Source: Mobula hypostoma (lineage: Eukaryota). Taken from it: 64,000 bases of DNA. Below, one piece after another: positions 1 to 12,092 of the stretch. Made by a program: the position numbers and the translations under genes. A model generated the notes under the pieces. It was not told the DNA's origin and made no database searches. It was given only the letters and a program-made list of their open reading frames with translations. The DNA lies in the NCBI RefSeq assembly GCF_963921235.1, contig NC_086097.1, positions 19,160,001 to 19,224,000 on the forward strand. Reading direction: 5' to 3'. Each line of letters starts with the position of its first letter. Position 1 is the first letter of the stretch.

Positions 1-120
1 CGGGAAAAAGGTGCAGACTGTCCACTCTGTCTATGCCTCTTATCATCTTGTATACCTCTATCAAGTCCTCCTTTGCTCCAAGGAGAAAAGCTTTCGCTTA
101 CTCAACCAATCCTCATAAAA
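1..120 (-). mobile_element. CR1 LINE ORF2 3' fragment
   Basis: The minus strand reads YEDWLSKRKLFSLEQRR, matching the CR1 motif (YEERL..L.LFSLE.RR) seen in many other copies in this window. Confidence 0.8.
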
Positions 121-131
121 GAAGACTGTTG

Positions 132-705
132 GAGTCTCTATTTCCTGAGGAGACTGAGGTCCTTTAACATCTGTCGGGCGATGCTGAGGATGTTCTACAA
201 GTCTGTGGTGGCCAGTGCTATCATGTTTGCTGTTGTGTGCTGGGGCAGCAGGCTGAGGGTAGCAGACACCAACAGAATCAACAAACTCATTCGTAAGGCC
301 AGTGAATGTTGTGGGGATGGAACTGGACTCTCTGACGGTGGTGTCTGAGAGGAGGATGCTGCCCAAGTTGCATGCCATCTTGGACAATGTCTCCCATCCA
401 CTACATAATGTACTGGGTGGGCACAGGAGTACATTCAGCCAGAGACTCATTCCACCGAGATGCAACGCAGAGCGTCATAGGAAGTCATTCCTGCCTGTGA
501 CCATCAAACTTTACAACTCCTCCCTTGGAGGGTCAGACACCCTGAGCCAATAGGCTGGTCCTGGACTTATTTCCTGGCATAATTTACATATTATTATTTA
601 ATTATTTATGGTTTTATATTGCTATATTTATACTCTATTCTTGGTTGGTGCAACTGTAACGAAACCCAGTTTCCCTCGGGATGAGTGAAGTCTGACTATG
701 ACTAT
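132..705 (+). mobile_element. Rex1/Babar-type LINE 3' fragment (copy 1 of 3)
   Basis: Encodes LYFLRRLRSFNICRAMLRMFYKSVVASAIMFAVVCWG...HPLH...RHRKSFLPVTIKLYN and ends in a (GACTAT)n tail. Near-identical to 14833-15134 and 24088-24651. Confidence 0.85.
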
Positions 706-1162
706 TATTGTGCTAATCGGGGTTATGCCACTGCCTTCCCTGTGTGACAGTGGTAATAGAGGACTGATGGGATAGGTTTAAAAGCCGGCACTGACTCAAT
801 GGGCTGAGTGGCCTCTGATCATAACTGCATAGGAAATGGTTAAATTTGGATTATGAGCGATTATGTGAAATGTTCCGAAGTTAGGCTGATAGTTGCTGCT
901 GCTGCAATACATGCAAGGGAGGCTTAGGTTGTCTGTGTGTGGTAATGTTACAAGTCAGGGCAGGTGAGAGATCATCCCAATATATTAACCCACTATTGGG
1001 ATCCTACGTCATTGTTGCTACATTTATAGCAACCACTCCAACGGTGGAAGATACAAGTCAATTTTGCTCTTCCTCCATACTCATTGTGTTCTTTGAATGG
1101 GAAACTGAACTGGTACAATTTCAAGGCTTTTCACCTTTTGTTTCAGATGGTGCCCACAGTAC

Positions 1163-1440
1163 GGCACAGTAGCATAGTGGTTAGTGCAATGCTTCATAGA
1201 AGCCAGCAGTAAGGTCGGGGTTCAAATCCCACCACTGTCTGTAAGGAGTATTTGTGGTTTCCCCATGACCATGTGGGTTAGGGTTTAGCAGGTTGTAGAC
1301 ATTTCATGTTGTCGCTAGAAGCACGGCGATACTTGCAAGCTGTCCAGCACAATTTTCACCGATTTAAATTGACACAAAAAGACCCATTTCACTGTATGTT
1401 TCGATGCACATGTGACCAAATAAAGCCAATCTTTATCTCT
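1163..1440 (+). mobile_element. tRNA-derived SINE (V-SINE/HE1-like)
   Basis: A-box-like TAGCATAGTGGTTAG and B-box GGTTCAAATCCC, followed by the CTGTCTGTAAGGAG...CCCCATGACC body shared with 30993-31240. Confidence 0.7.
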
Positions 1441-1993
1441 TTAAGACTCTGGATAAGAGCAAAGAAATTCTTCCCCAGTGGTCTGGCCAATCAACGTTCA
1501 TGTGACACCACTGACTCTGGGAGCTTGGTGTGCGTCAACTGTCTCCATTACAACTGTGACTATAACTTCAGAAAGTACTGCTGGAAGTCCTGAGATCACT
1601 GAGGTGTTTCATATAGGCAAGCCTTTCTTTCCACGCGGCTGTCAATCAAAGGTTACAACTGAGGGCCTGGCATTGATGGGTTGACCTGAGCAAGTGCCAG
1701 TGGACGGTTAACAGCACCAGGTCAGGATGAAGCTGGAAAAGCTGGATGATTGCAGGGATGGCAAGTTTGTGCCAAGGAGGGGATGAGCACTGTTCGACTA
1801 TACAGCCCAGGGCCATATGGGATATAATCCAGATTACTATGGGAAGCGATTGCTGCATCTTTGACAGTGACCTTGGCATCCTCATTGACAACAGGACTAG
1901 TATCAGATGATTGGAGGATGGCAACTGTTATTCCTTTGTTCAAGAAAGGGAATAGATATAACCCCAAGAATTATGGACCAGCAAGTCTTATGT

Positions 1994-4943
1994 CTTACAC
2001 TAACTGGAAGTTACCATTACTAGAGAGAAGGTCCTTGGGAAACTGAAAAGTCTAAGTCACCTGGACCAGATGGTGTTCACTCCAGAGTTCTGAAAGAAGT
2101 GGCTGAAGAGATTGTGGAGGCATTAGTAATGATATTTCAAGAAGCAATTGATTATGGAATGGTTCCAGAAGACTGAAAAATTACAAATGTCACTCTTCAA
2201 AAAGGGAGAGATGCAGAAGAAAGGGAACTATAGGCCAGTTAGTCTGACCTCAGTGGTTGGGAAGATGTTGGAGTTGATAATTAAGGATGAAATCTCAGGG
2301 TACTTGGAGCCACATGACACAATAGGCCGTAAACAGCATGATTTCTCAAGGGAAAATCTTACCTGACAAATCTGTTGGAACTCTTTGAAGAAATAACAAG
2401 CAGGATAGACAAAGGAGATTTGGTTGCTGTGTACTTAAATTATCAGAAGGCCTTTGACAAATATAGAAACATAGAAACATAGAAAACTTACAGCACAATA
2501 CAGGCCCTTCAGCCCACAAAGTTGTGCCAAACATGTCCCTACCTTAGAAATTACTAGGGTTACCCACAGCCCTCTATTTTTCTAAGCTCCATGTACCTAT
2601 CCAAAAGACTCTTCAAAGACCCTATCGAATCCACCTCCACCACTGTTGTTGGCAGCCCATTCCACAAACTCACCACTCTCTGCTTAAAAAACTTACCCCT
2701 GATATCTCCTCTGTACCTACTCCCAAGCACCTTAAACCTGTACCCTCTTGTGGCAGCCATTTCAGCCCCGGGAAGAAGTCTCTGACTATCTACACGATCA
2801 ATGCCTCTCATCATCTTATACACCTCTATCGGGTCACCTCTCATCCTCCGTCGCTCCAAGGAGAAAAGGCTGAGTTCACTCAACCTGTTTTCATAAGACA
2901 TGCTCCCCAATCCAGGAAACATCTTTGTAAATCTCCTCTGCACCCTTTCTATAGTTTCCACAGCCTTCCTGTAGCAAGGTGACCAGAACTGAGCACAGTA
3001 CCCTAAGTGGGGTCTGACCAGAGTCCTATATGGCTGCAACATTACCTCTCGGCTCTTGAACTCAATCCCACAGTTGATGAAGGCCAATGCACCGTATGCC
3101 TTCTTAACCACACAGTCAAACTGCGCAGCAGTTTTGAGTGTCCTATGGACTCGGACCCCAAGATCCCTCTGATCCTCCACACTGCCAAGATTCTTACCAT
3201 TAATACTATATTCTGCTATCATATTTGACCTGCCAAAATGAACCACTTCACAATTATCTGGGTTGAACTCCATCTGCCACTTTTCAGCCCAGTTTTGCAT
3301 CCTATCAATGTCCCGCTACAACCTCTGACAGCCCTCTACACTATCCACAACACCCCCAACCTTTTGTGTCATCAGCAAACTTACTAACCCATCCCTCCAC
3401 TTCCTCATCCAGGTCATTTATAAAAATCACGAAGAGTAAGGGTCCCAGAACAGATCCCTGAGGCACACCACTGGTCACTGACCTCCATGCAGAATATGAC
3501 CCGTCTACAACCACTCTTTCCCTCTGTGGGCAAGCCAGTTATGGATCCACAAAGCAATGTCCCCTTGGATCCCATGCCTCTTTACTTTCTCAATAAGCCT
3601 TGCATGGGGTACCTTGTCAAATGTCTTGCTGAAATCCATATACACTACATCTACTGCTCTTCCTTCATCAATGTGTTGAGTCACATCCTCAGAAAATTCA
3701 ATCAGGCTCATAAGGCACGACCTGCCTTTGACAAAGCCATGCTGACTACTCCTAATTACACAATCACCTTGTGCCTCACGAGGCTGCTTAACAAACTATG
3801 AGCCCATGATATTACAAGAAAGATTCTAACATGGATAAAGCAGTGGCTGATCTGCAGAAAGCAAAGAGTGGGAATAAAGGGAGCCTTTTCTAGCTGGCTG
3901 CCGGTGACTAGTGGTGTTCCACAGGGATCTGTGTTGGGACTGACTCTTTTTATGTTAAATGTCAATGATTTGTATGATGGAATTGATGGCTTTGTTGCAA
4001 AGTTTGCAGACAATATGAAGATAGGTGGAGGGGCAGATAGTTTTGAGGAAGTAGATAGACTACAGAAGGACTTAAATAGATTAGGAAAATGGGTAAACAA
4101 ATGGCATATGGAATAGAGTGTCAGGAAGTGTATGGTCATGCACTTTGCTAGAAGAAATGAAAGCGTTGTCTATTTTCTAAATGGAGAGAAAATACAAAAA
4201 AATACTGAGGTGGAAAGGGATTTGGTAGTCCTTGTGCAGGGTTCCCTAAAGGTTAATTTTCAGGTTGAGTCATTGGTGAGAACGGCAAGTGCAATGTTAG
4301 CATTCATTTCAAGAGGACAAGGATATAAAAATAAAGATGTAATGCTGAGGCTTTATAAAGCACTGGTGAGGGCTCACATGGAGTATTGTGAGAAGCTTTG
4401 GGCCCCTTATCATAGAAAGGATGTGCTGAAACTGGAGACGGTTCAAAGGAGGTTCACGAAAATGATTCCAGGATTGAATGGCTTGTCATATGAAGAGCGT
4501 TTAATGGATCTGGGCCTGTATTCACTGGAATTCAGAAGAATGAGGGCTGACGTAATTGAAACCTATCAAATGGTTGAAGACCTTGATAGAGTTGATGTGG
4601 AGAGGGTGTTTCCTCTAGTGGGAGAGTCTAAGACCAGAGGACACAACCTAAATTAGAGTGGCGTCCTTTCAGAAAGGAGATGAGGAGGAATTTCTTTAAC
4701 CTGAGAGTGGTGAATCTGTGAAATTGTTTGCTACAGGCAGCTGTGGAGGCAAAATCTTTATGTATATTTTAGGCAGAGGTTGATAGATTCTTGATCGGTC
4801 AGGGCATGAAGGGATGCAGGGAGTAGGCAGGAGACTGGAACTGAGAGGAAAATTGGATCTGCCTTGATGAAATAGCAGAGCAGACTCAATGGACCAAATG
4901 GTCTAATTCTGCTCCTACATCTTATGGTCTAATGGTCTTATGT
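1994..4943 (+). mobile_element. CR1 LINE, middle element (pieces 1994-2460 and ~3771-4943)
   Basis: Contains KSPGPDG, NYRPVSLTSVVGK, KAFD|VPH split by the inner insertion, [10 protein letters not shown] and KFADN, and an (ATGGTCTT)n tail. Flanked by GTCTTATGT at 1985-1993 and 4935-4943. Confidence 0.85.
2461..3757 (-). mobile_element. CR1 LINE, inner element, 5'-truncated RT/3' end
   Basis: 246-aa ORF at 2560-3300 (WQMEFNPDNCEVVHFG, LVRPHLGYCAQFWSP), YMDFSKTFDKVPH at 3505-3711, and a (TTCTATGT)n tail at 2461-2485. Confidence 0.9.
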
Positions 4944-6790
4944 TAATGGTGGGCAAATTATTGGAGAGGATGCTTATGGACAGGATTTACAAGCATTTGG
5001 AGAAGCATAGACTGATTAGGGATAGTCAACGTGGCTTTGTGAGGGGCAGGTAATTCCATACAATCCTGATGGAATTCTTTGAGGAAATGACAGAACATAT
5101 TGATGATTCTAGAGCAGTGGATACAGTGTATCTCGATCTTAGTAAGTTGTTTGACCAGATTCCTTGCAGTATGCTCATTCGGAAATTGAGAGTTTTAGGA
5201 TCCAGGAAAACTTTGCTGCATGAATTCAGAACTGGTTTGCCTACAAAAGGCAGTGGGGTAGTAGCTGGAGCATATTTTGTCTGTAGGTTGGTAACTAGTG
5301 GTGTTTTGCAGGGCTCTGTTTTGAGATCCTGCTCTTTATGATTTTCAAAAATGACCTGGATATGGAACTGAGCTGAGGAGTGGCAGATGGATTTCAATTA
5401 AGTAAAGTGTGACATGATTTACTTTGGAAGCTGATCTACAAGGCAGAATACATGCACCTTAGCAGTGTGAAGGAACAGAGAGATCTTGGGGTCCAGATCT
5501 ATAGATCCTTCAAAGTTCCTGCAATTTGATTGAGTGGTGGAGAAGGTTGTATGACATTAGTCAGGGGGTTGACAAGAGCTGTGAGGTAACGGTGCAGCTC
5601 TGAAAAACTGTGGTCAGACCACACTTCAAATTTGTGTTCATTTCTGCTCACCTCATTATAGGAAGGATGTGGAGTTTTAGAGAGGGTGCAGAGATGATTT
5701 AGCAGGAGGCTATCTCGATTGGAGAACATGTCTTAAGAGAATAGGTTGAGTGACCTAGGATTTATCTCTTTGGAGTGTAAAAGGATGAGAGGTCACTTGA
5801 TAGAGGTATACAAGATAAGAGGCATAGATTGAGTGGGCAACCAGAGACTTTTTCCCAGGGTAGAAATGGCACAATTTTAATATGAGCATAGGAATGTATA
5901 GGAGGTTGTCAGTGGTAAGTTTATTTTATACAGAGTAGCAGGTACATGGAACAGAGATGGTGATAAAGGCAGATTCATCAGGGACATTTAAGACACTATA
6001 GATAAGCATATGGACGATAGATAAATGGAGAATGATGTCAGAGAGAAGGGTTAGATTGATCTTGGAATAGGTTAAAATCATGGTCCAATGGGCCTGCATT
6101 GTGCTGTATTCTTCTATGTTCAGTGATATCCTTGATATCTGAATTTCTTACCTACATATTTCTGTAGAATGCAATTGACTATTCAAGTAACATGTCCTTC
6201 ATTTACAAGGCTTTACTTGTTATGGAAAAGGATACTTACAGTAATAAGAGCAATAAATGGCAATTGAACTCAGTCAATCGAAATGCCACTCACATGAGAA
6301 GGATTGTTGTTAGCACTGATGCTCAAATTGAAATCCACTTGACTTATGGCTGCCAAATAGCATGAGGGGGGGTAATGACGATCTGTATGGAGTGAAGAGA
6401 GAGTAGAGATGGGAGGGTGGGGGGTGGAGATGGAGTGGGGGTAATAATGGGTTCCTTGGGAGTTTAGAAAATTGAGGGATGACATTATTCAAATATATGA
6501 GATCCAAAGAGGGTAATGACAAGGTAATGTTAAAATGCTTTCACTAGCGCTAGAGTCACAGACAAAAACATATAGTTACAAGATTAGCGGCCGTTCATTT
6601 ACATAAAACTGAGGTGCGTAGAAATATTTTTCTCTCAGAGGTAGTGACTGGAATTCTCTACCCCTCCCAGGAGGGGTGCAGGCCAGATCCTCAGATGTTT
6701 TTAAGATGATGGTAGATAAATATTTGAAAGACCAAGGATTGGATGGTATGGTGTAGGTGACGATATGGGACAGAAGAGTTGAGTCCAGAT

Positions 6791-7062
6791 CAAGAGAAAA
6801 AGAGAGAGAAGTAGAGAGGTAAAGAGAAAGAGAGAGAGGGAGAGAGAGAGTGTGCAAAGGGCGAGAGAGCAAGAGAGAAAGAGTGTGTGTGCAAGAGTGG
6901 CAGAAAGAGAGAGGAAGTGTGTGTGTGAGAGAGAGGGAGAGAGAAAGAGACAGAGAGAGAGGGAGGGAGAGAGAGAGTGAAAAGAGAATTGTGTGAGAGA
7001 ATGCGAGAGGGAGGGAGAAAGAGACAGAGAGAGAGCGGGATAGAGAGAGAAAAAGAGAGAGT
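6791..7062. repeat. GA-rich microsatellite/low-complexity tract (intronic)
   Basis: Degenerate (GA)n with short (GT)n patches. Confidence 0.9.
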
Positions 7063-7403
7063 CATCCCAATGTTTCACAGTGAACAAAGGGCACATTTAT
7101 GTATGTCTTACTTGCAGATTTAATTCTTTATCCCTCGACTGATATACTCTGAAGTACTTAGGTGCTTTTTTTCCAAAATCTTTGAGTTCTGGAACATCGT
7201 CAGAGCTTTCACAGTGCAATCAATGCTTTCTCCATTTCATTTAACATTTCCTAGGAATGTAACTCTTCCTAAAGCGAGGAATACCTGCACTTAATATTTG
7301 AAACCTTTCTCATGTTCACCACGGTTAGCAGACATGTGCCCAAGACTGTGTAAAAATGTCTGTGAATGGAATTGCCAGTAACAAGTGCTTTCTTCATTTC
7401 CAG

Positions 7404-7562
7404 ACAAGCAAGGCCATCGCAAAAGGAGATTACCAGCGGGCAACCTCAGCATCGCGAAGGGCCCTCTTCCTGGCAGCCCTCTCGATCACCATTGGAACAG
7501 GCGTGTATGTCGGGGTCATTGTAGCTCTCATCGCATACTTGTCAAAGCCGGGGCATGTATAG
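7404..7562 (+). CDS. SYNDIG1L: Terminal coding exon of a SynDIG1-like (CD225/dispanin) membrane protein
   Basis: Pyrimidine tract plus acceptor TTTCTTCATTTCCAG (AG 7402-7403), phase 0. Encodes [52 protein letters not shown], recognisable as the SYNDIG1/SYNDIG1L C-terminal transmembrane segment. The TSKAI start and GH end favour SYNDIG1L; the paralog call is less certain than the family call. Upstream exons are not in the window. Confidence 0.85.
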   Translation, partial: TSKAIAKGDYQRATSASRRALFLAALSITIGTGVYVGVIVALIAYLSKPGHV

Positions 7563-7892
7563 TGTCGAACTGCAGCCTGCTCGGTGTGAGGATCCTCTAA
7601 GGACAGTTCTTCGTCTGTTCAATTATCCAGTTTTATTGCCCTGTTAATTGAGTAAATTGTGTGTATTATCCATTGTTTTGGCCATTTTGGAGCTAGGGGA
7701 GGAGGACCGTCTGGCAAGGAGAAGCTTGATTCACGCCTCCACACCGGGAACTGTGGACGTCAGGGGTAGGCAGCAAGTCCACCATTGTCACTGGAACCCT
7801 TGACTGGGCAGCCGGGCAAGTCCCACAACAGGACTTTACTCTGGGAGAGAGGTTGGGGGACAAGGAAAATGTTCTTTCTCCTTGTTAATCCA

Positions 7893-7906
7893 CCACCAGG
7901 GGGCAG
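7893..7906 (+). promoter_or_regulatory. Candidate CTCF site
   Basis: CCACCAGGGGGCAG matches the CTCF core CCASYAGRKGGCRS and lies in non-repeat sequence. Confidence 0.45.
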
Positions 7907-8233
7907 TGGTGCTGGAGTGTAATGTCCTTGCTGTCCCATTGTCCTGTAGACCTGAGAGGAAGCAGAAAATGACTATGGGAAAGAATTGTGGAGGTTTGTA
8001 ATGAGGGCTGGGGAAACAACTCTGTAACAAATATGATTAAACTGGTCTAGGGCAAGAGTGAATAAGCCAATGATATGCAAATAGCCTTTTCTCTGTTGCT
8101 AAGCAAGCCTTGCCCTGGGTCACTCTCTCTCAGCAAGCCAATTATGCCATAATTAGCTGCTCAGTGTTAATGTAGCTGTGCCATGAAGGCTACCTCGTCT
8201 GATCATGCCTGGTCCATTTTAAACGCTGTGTGA

Positions 8234-8332
8234 AATAAAAGGGCCTGAGACCCTCTATAAATCTATAATCACACTGTTTTATTTTGGGAAAGTCAAGAAT
8301 CTTCTGAAATTAAATGTGACTTTTGTAATAAA
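8234..8332 (+). terminator. Candidate polyadenylation signals of the SynDIG-family gene
   Basis: AATAAA at 8234-8239 (with TGTTTTATTTTG downstream) and at 8327-8332, at the end of ~700 bp of unique putative 3'UTR. Confidence 0.5.
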
Positions 8333-9032
8333 GATTTGATTTCATCAACAATAATATCACATTCCGCTGTCATACATCTCACAAGTTGGAAAAACACAGG
8401 TGTAAAAATCATTGTGGTCTTCTGGGTCCTACTGCTAAGGAATACACAGTTTTCACTATCCTCTTTCTGCTTGCTGCTTTCCAGAATTGATGTGGAAATT
8501 ATTCCTCTTCTTGCAGTCTTGAACTCACACATCACCTGAGTAGCTGGTTTCTCCAAATTCCAAAGCTTAATTTCAAGCTTTCCTGAATTTGTGAAAGAGG
8601 TGTTCTGTTTAACTGGTTTATTCCTGGGTACCACTTTGCCCATTGTTATATAAAATGGCCTGATGTTCAGTGAAATATCAACAAGCAGAACCCTGGACAC
8701 CAGCAGAGAATTAACAAGGATTGTGCCAACTGATGTGTTTAAAATGGGCCTGAAAGTCATATTCATATTTAATTCTAACAACAAAATGCTTCACAGAGAC
8801 ATTGTTCACTAGGGGTCTGGCAAGTGATAAATTTAACCAAATGGAAGGGATTGTAAATGAGTAACAAATTTAGTCCAAATGAGAAAATTCTGTAATGGGA
8901 TGAAACAGAAATAACAATGTATTTTACTGCTGACTAAATGAGGAACTTGGTATAATGTTTTTAGCACACTTAATCAAATGGAGAATCCTTCACTGCTAAG
9001 AATGTAGACAACATGTCTGCTTGATCCTCATG

Positions 9033-9237
9033 AACACAGGAGATTTTGCAGATGCTGGAAATCTAGAGTAACACACACACGGTGCTGAGGGAACTCAGCA
9101 TCTACAGAGAGGAATAGACAGTCGACATTTCAAGCCGAGACCTGATGAAGGGTCTCAATCTGAAATGTCGACTGTTTATTCCCCTCCGTAGAGGCTGCCT
9201 AATCGACTGAGCTCATATGCATTTTGTGTGTGTTGCT
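9033..9237. mobile_element. Short fold-back PLE derivative
   Basis: PLE terminal-repeat sequence (GCAGATGCTGGAAATC...) arranged as an inverted repeat around CCTGATGAAGGG. Confidence 0.7.
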
Positions 9238-10168
9238 TCATTGTCAGCGAGCATTCAAAATGAAATTCATCAGGCAAATTTTTTCACTCTCCAGTAAACA
9301 ATAGTGGTGACTCACTCAGAAAAGTGCCCCATGTATAGAGAGGGACAAACTTCAAACATCCATATTGACAGGGAAAGAGATACCATTAGGTGTACAGACT
9401 GGCTTTCACAACAAACTGAATGTGAAGCGGGGATTGTCATGCAGGAGGGACTGTTTAATTGCCCAGAGATATGCAGCATTCCAACGGAGCCAGAATGAGG
9501 TAGTGTGGGGCAGAGTCATGTCAGACAAGTCCCAGAGCTCATGAACATATTGGGTAAGAGGTAAGCGAACATCTTCCACCTGCCTCAACGCGGTACAGAG
9601 CATCACTCAGCTGTCAGAATCAATCACTCTGTCTCCTGAGTACATTGACTTCCAGCCAGGAAGCGGAGACTGGCTCAGATTGCAAGGAGCAGGCTGGAAG
9701 TTTGCAGAGAAGTGGAAGCTGTCTCCTGAGCCGCCCTGTGGGATTGGGGGCAGTGGGGGACAGACTGCCCGCACCCTTCTGTTTAGATTCCTCCTGATTT
9801 CTTTGGAGATAAGAACAGAAGCAAAGCCACCAGGCAAAACAAGCACTGTTGCAAATAAGCAGTAAGATACCTTGGAGAATTCAAATAGATATGGAAGAAA
9901 CAACTGTGACCATTTTAGATGCAATGTAAAAGACTGGAAATTAGAAATCGGGCCATATTGACCCTAATCTGTGCAGAGAGGGCAGGAGGGTCTCTGGGGC
10001 TGATGTGGGAAGGGTTCATTGGAATGGGAGGAGGTGGCTCCAGTGTGAAGACTGAGACTAACCAGTGAGGGTTAATATTATGTTCCTGCACACTGGGTTC
10101 TAAGAAAGATGTGTCCAGCACAAGACCTTAATTTGCAGTGAATGAAACCTTTGGCTATGCAGTTAGAG

Positions 10169-10248
10169 CCGGGGTTCCCAATCTTTTTTATGCCATGGAC
10201 TTTATTGCCATAGCAAGGTGTTCATGGGCCCCAGGGTGGGAACCCCAG
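10169..10248. mobile_element. hAT-type MITE (~80 bp)
   Basis: TIRs CCGGGGTTCCCA/TGGGAACCCCAG and an 8-bp TSD AGTTAGAG/AGTGAGAG. Same family as 20441-20518. Confidence 0.7.
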
Positions 10249-10849
10249 AGTGAGAGGGTGAGGAAGGAGGGAGAATGGTCTACACTAATCACTGGTCATG
10301 GCCACAGAGGGTCATGTGTACAGTTTGAGCCTCAGAACATGGTGAGGGGGTTCTGATTCTGGTGAGGTTTGCTGGGTAACTAAAGCATCCACAAATATTG
10401 CCTGCATCATGAAAATAAACCATAGCTGTGAGCTGGGAGCTGGTCTCCCTGCCACCATTTATTCTGGTTTCTCCCCACGCCCCCTAAACCGAGGAAAGGA
10501 GGTGTCGGACCTATTGAGAGATCCTTGTCCCTGCTCTGAATTCAGAAGTTGACTGACCTGCAGTCCACAAGATTCAGCCCAAGAGGTAGGAGTTATTTTC
10601 TGCCCCCTTTTAGACAGTGAGATGATGCAATGTGCAGAGGTAGCTCCTCTCCACCTCGTTCTATGGTGTGGCCTCTGTTAGATTCACAAGATTGTCTAGC
10701 TGCATAAGCTCTCTCTGACCTGGCCATAACATAGAAGAATATGGAATTAATGCATGGGATTGATATATGTAGACACAATGGTCAGCGTAAACATAGTGGA
10801 TTGACGGGCCTGATCCAGTGGTGTACAATGGTGCGGTTGATTCATTTTA

Positions 10850-11092
10850 TTTAGCAATACAGCGCAGAGTAGGCCTTTCTGGTCCTTTGAGCCGTCAACC
10901 CCAAACAAATACGATCACAGGACAATTTACAATGACCAATAAATCTTTGTACTGTGGGAGGAAAGTGGAGCACCCGGGGGAAACCCACGGGGAGGACGCA
11001 CTGACTCCTTACAGAACGGCACCGGGGTTGAACTCTAAACTCCAGAACGCCCCGAGCTGTAACAGCGTCACACTGACCACTGTGCTACCATG
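10850..11092 (-). mobile_element. V-SINE-like SINE
   Basis: TGTGGGAGGAAAGTGGAGCACCCGGGGGAAACCCAC is the reverse complement of the V-SINE central domain; tRNA-like head near 11090. Confidence 0.7.
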
Positions 11093-11369
11093 GGGCCCCT
11101 TCGTGAGAGTCTCGTTCCTGTTCAGAAACCCACCATGACAGCTGGGGAATAAATATTAACTCAGGTCAATAAATAAAGCCACTATTAAACATTAGAACCA
11201 AAACCAGTAAGACTGAGAAAACTGGATTGTTGTAAACAAACATTTGCATCAGTCACGTGTGATGGAGATCTACTGTTCTTTTTTTTGTTTTGGCGTGTGC
11301 GTGCGTGCATGTGCGTCTACACGTGTGTGTGCATCCGTGCGTGTGCGATGTTGGCGGGACGATGTCTTT

Positions 11370-11607
11370 TTCATGCCTTTACAAGGCGCGAAGCAAGAGA
11401 GAGGGAGAGACTGTGTGGCGCACCACCCCTCACACAGACATTTTGCTGTATTTTTCCCTCTTTTTTTAATTTTACGAGGTCGAGTTGCATCTCGAAATTC
11501 AACCTGGCACGGATGGAAAGCGCACTCAGGAGTGGCTCCGACTGGGTTCGAACCCGGGAACCTCCGTTCCAGAGTCCGGCACTGATGTCATTGCACCACC
11601 AGCCGGC
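11370..11607 (-). mobile_element. tRNA-derived SINE
   Basis: Minus-strand head GCCGGCTGGTGGTGCAATG...GGTTCGAACCC (A/B boxes). Related copies at 42110-42302 and 43565-43822. Confidence 0.7.
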
Positions 11608-11667
11608 CCGAGACCTACTGTTCTTACCCCAATCTGGCCTTCGCATGACTCTAGGTCTAAGGAGAAT

Positions 11668-12092
11668 GTACTTACTCACTGTTCATTACAGCACTGGTGC
11701 TTACGGCAGCAATGAAGCTCCTCCATCTCTGGCAGTGTTCAGGGCTTCCTTCATCATGTCAGTAGCTTCCTCTCGGTTTTCACTGCTGTCAGTCATAAAA
11801 ATCCTGGGTGGAGACTCAGGAATACCGTTGTACTCAGATGCAGAAGGATTCTTCATTGCTGTTTTCATAACAATTTTGTTTTATCAGTCAGGATTGTTAG
11901 CCCTGAGCTGATCTCCTGAACCTGGAGGACTGGTAGACCACTCTTAGTCTGGTCTCTACCCTTTGACCTGTTTGGCATGGGTGACCCTACCAAGAACCAA
12001 AGCATGAAGCCCTGGCTCCAGTTAACATAGCTCTCCTGGTCACTGAGGCATTGAAGCCTCCAAATTATGACAAGGTTGTGGTCCTCTTGGGG
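11668..12092 (-). mobile_element. Non-coding retroelement with RTE-like 3' end
   Basis: Homologous to 18954-19358; (GTAA)n-type tail on the minus strand. Confidence 0.6.

Larger units (their letters stand above)
1845..6122 (+). mobile_element. CR1 LINE, outer element (pieces ~1845-1993 and 4944-6122)
   Basis: DWRMATVIPLFKKGNR..PKNYGPASL breaks off at 1993 and resumes at 4944 (VGKLLERML). The degenerate RT runs on to a TTCTATGTT tail near 6115. Confidence 0.8.

Noticed and set aside
2560..3300. Long RT-like ORFs as host genes (also 46972-47595, 58567-59166 and 62781-63488)
   Set aside because: All are truncated CR1 or PLE fragments with element tails and nearby stops or frameshifts.
6576..7096. 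Leu/Ser-rich minus-strand ORFs
   Set aside because: They are translations of the GA/TC microsatellite.
8293..8784. 163-aa minus-strand ORF next to the 3'UTR
   Set aside because: Non-ATG start, no recognisable domain and no supporting exon structure.
11520..11607. tRNA genes (also at 1163, 30993 and 43565)
   Set aside because: A/B boxes are present but continue into SINE bodies, and I could not form a full cloverleaf.
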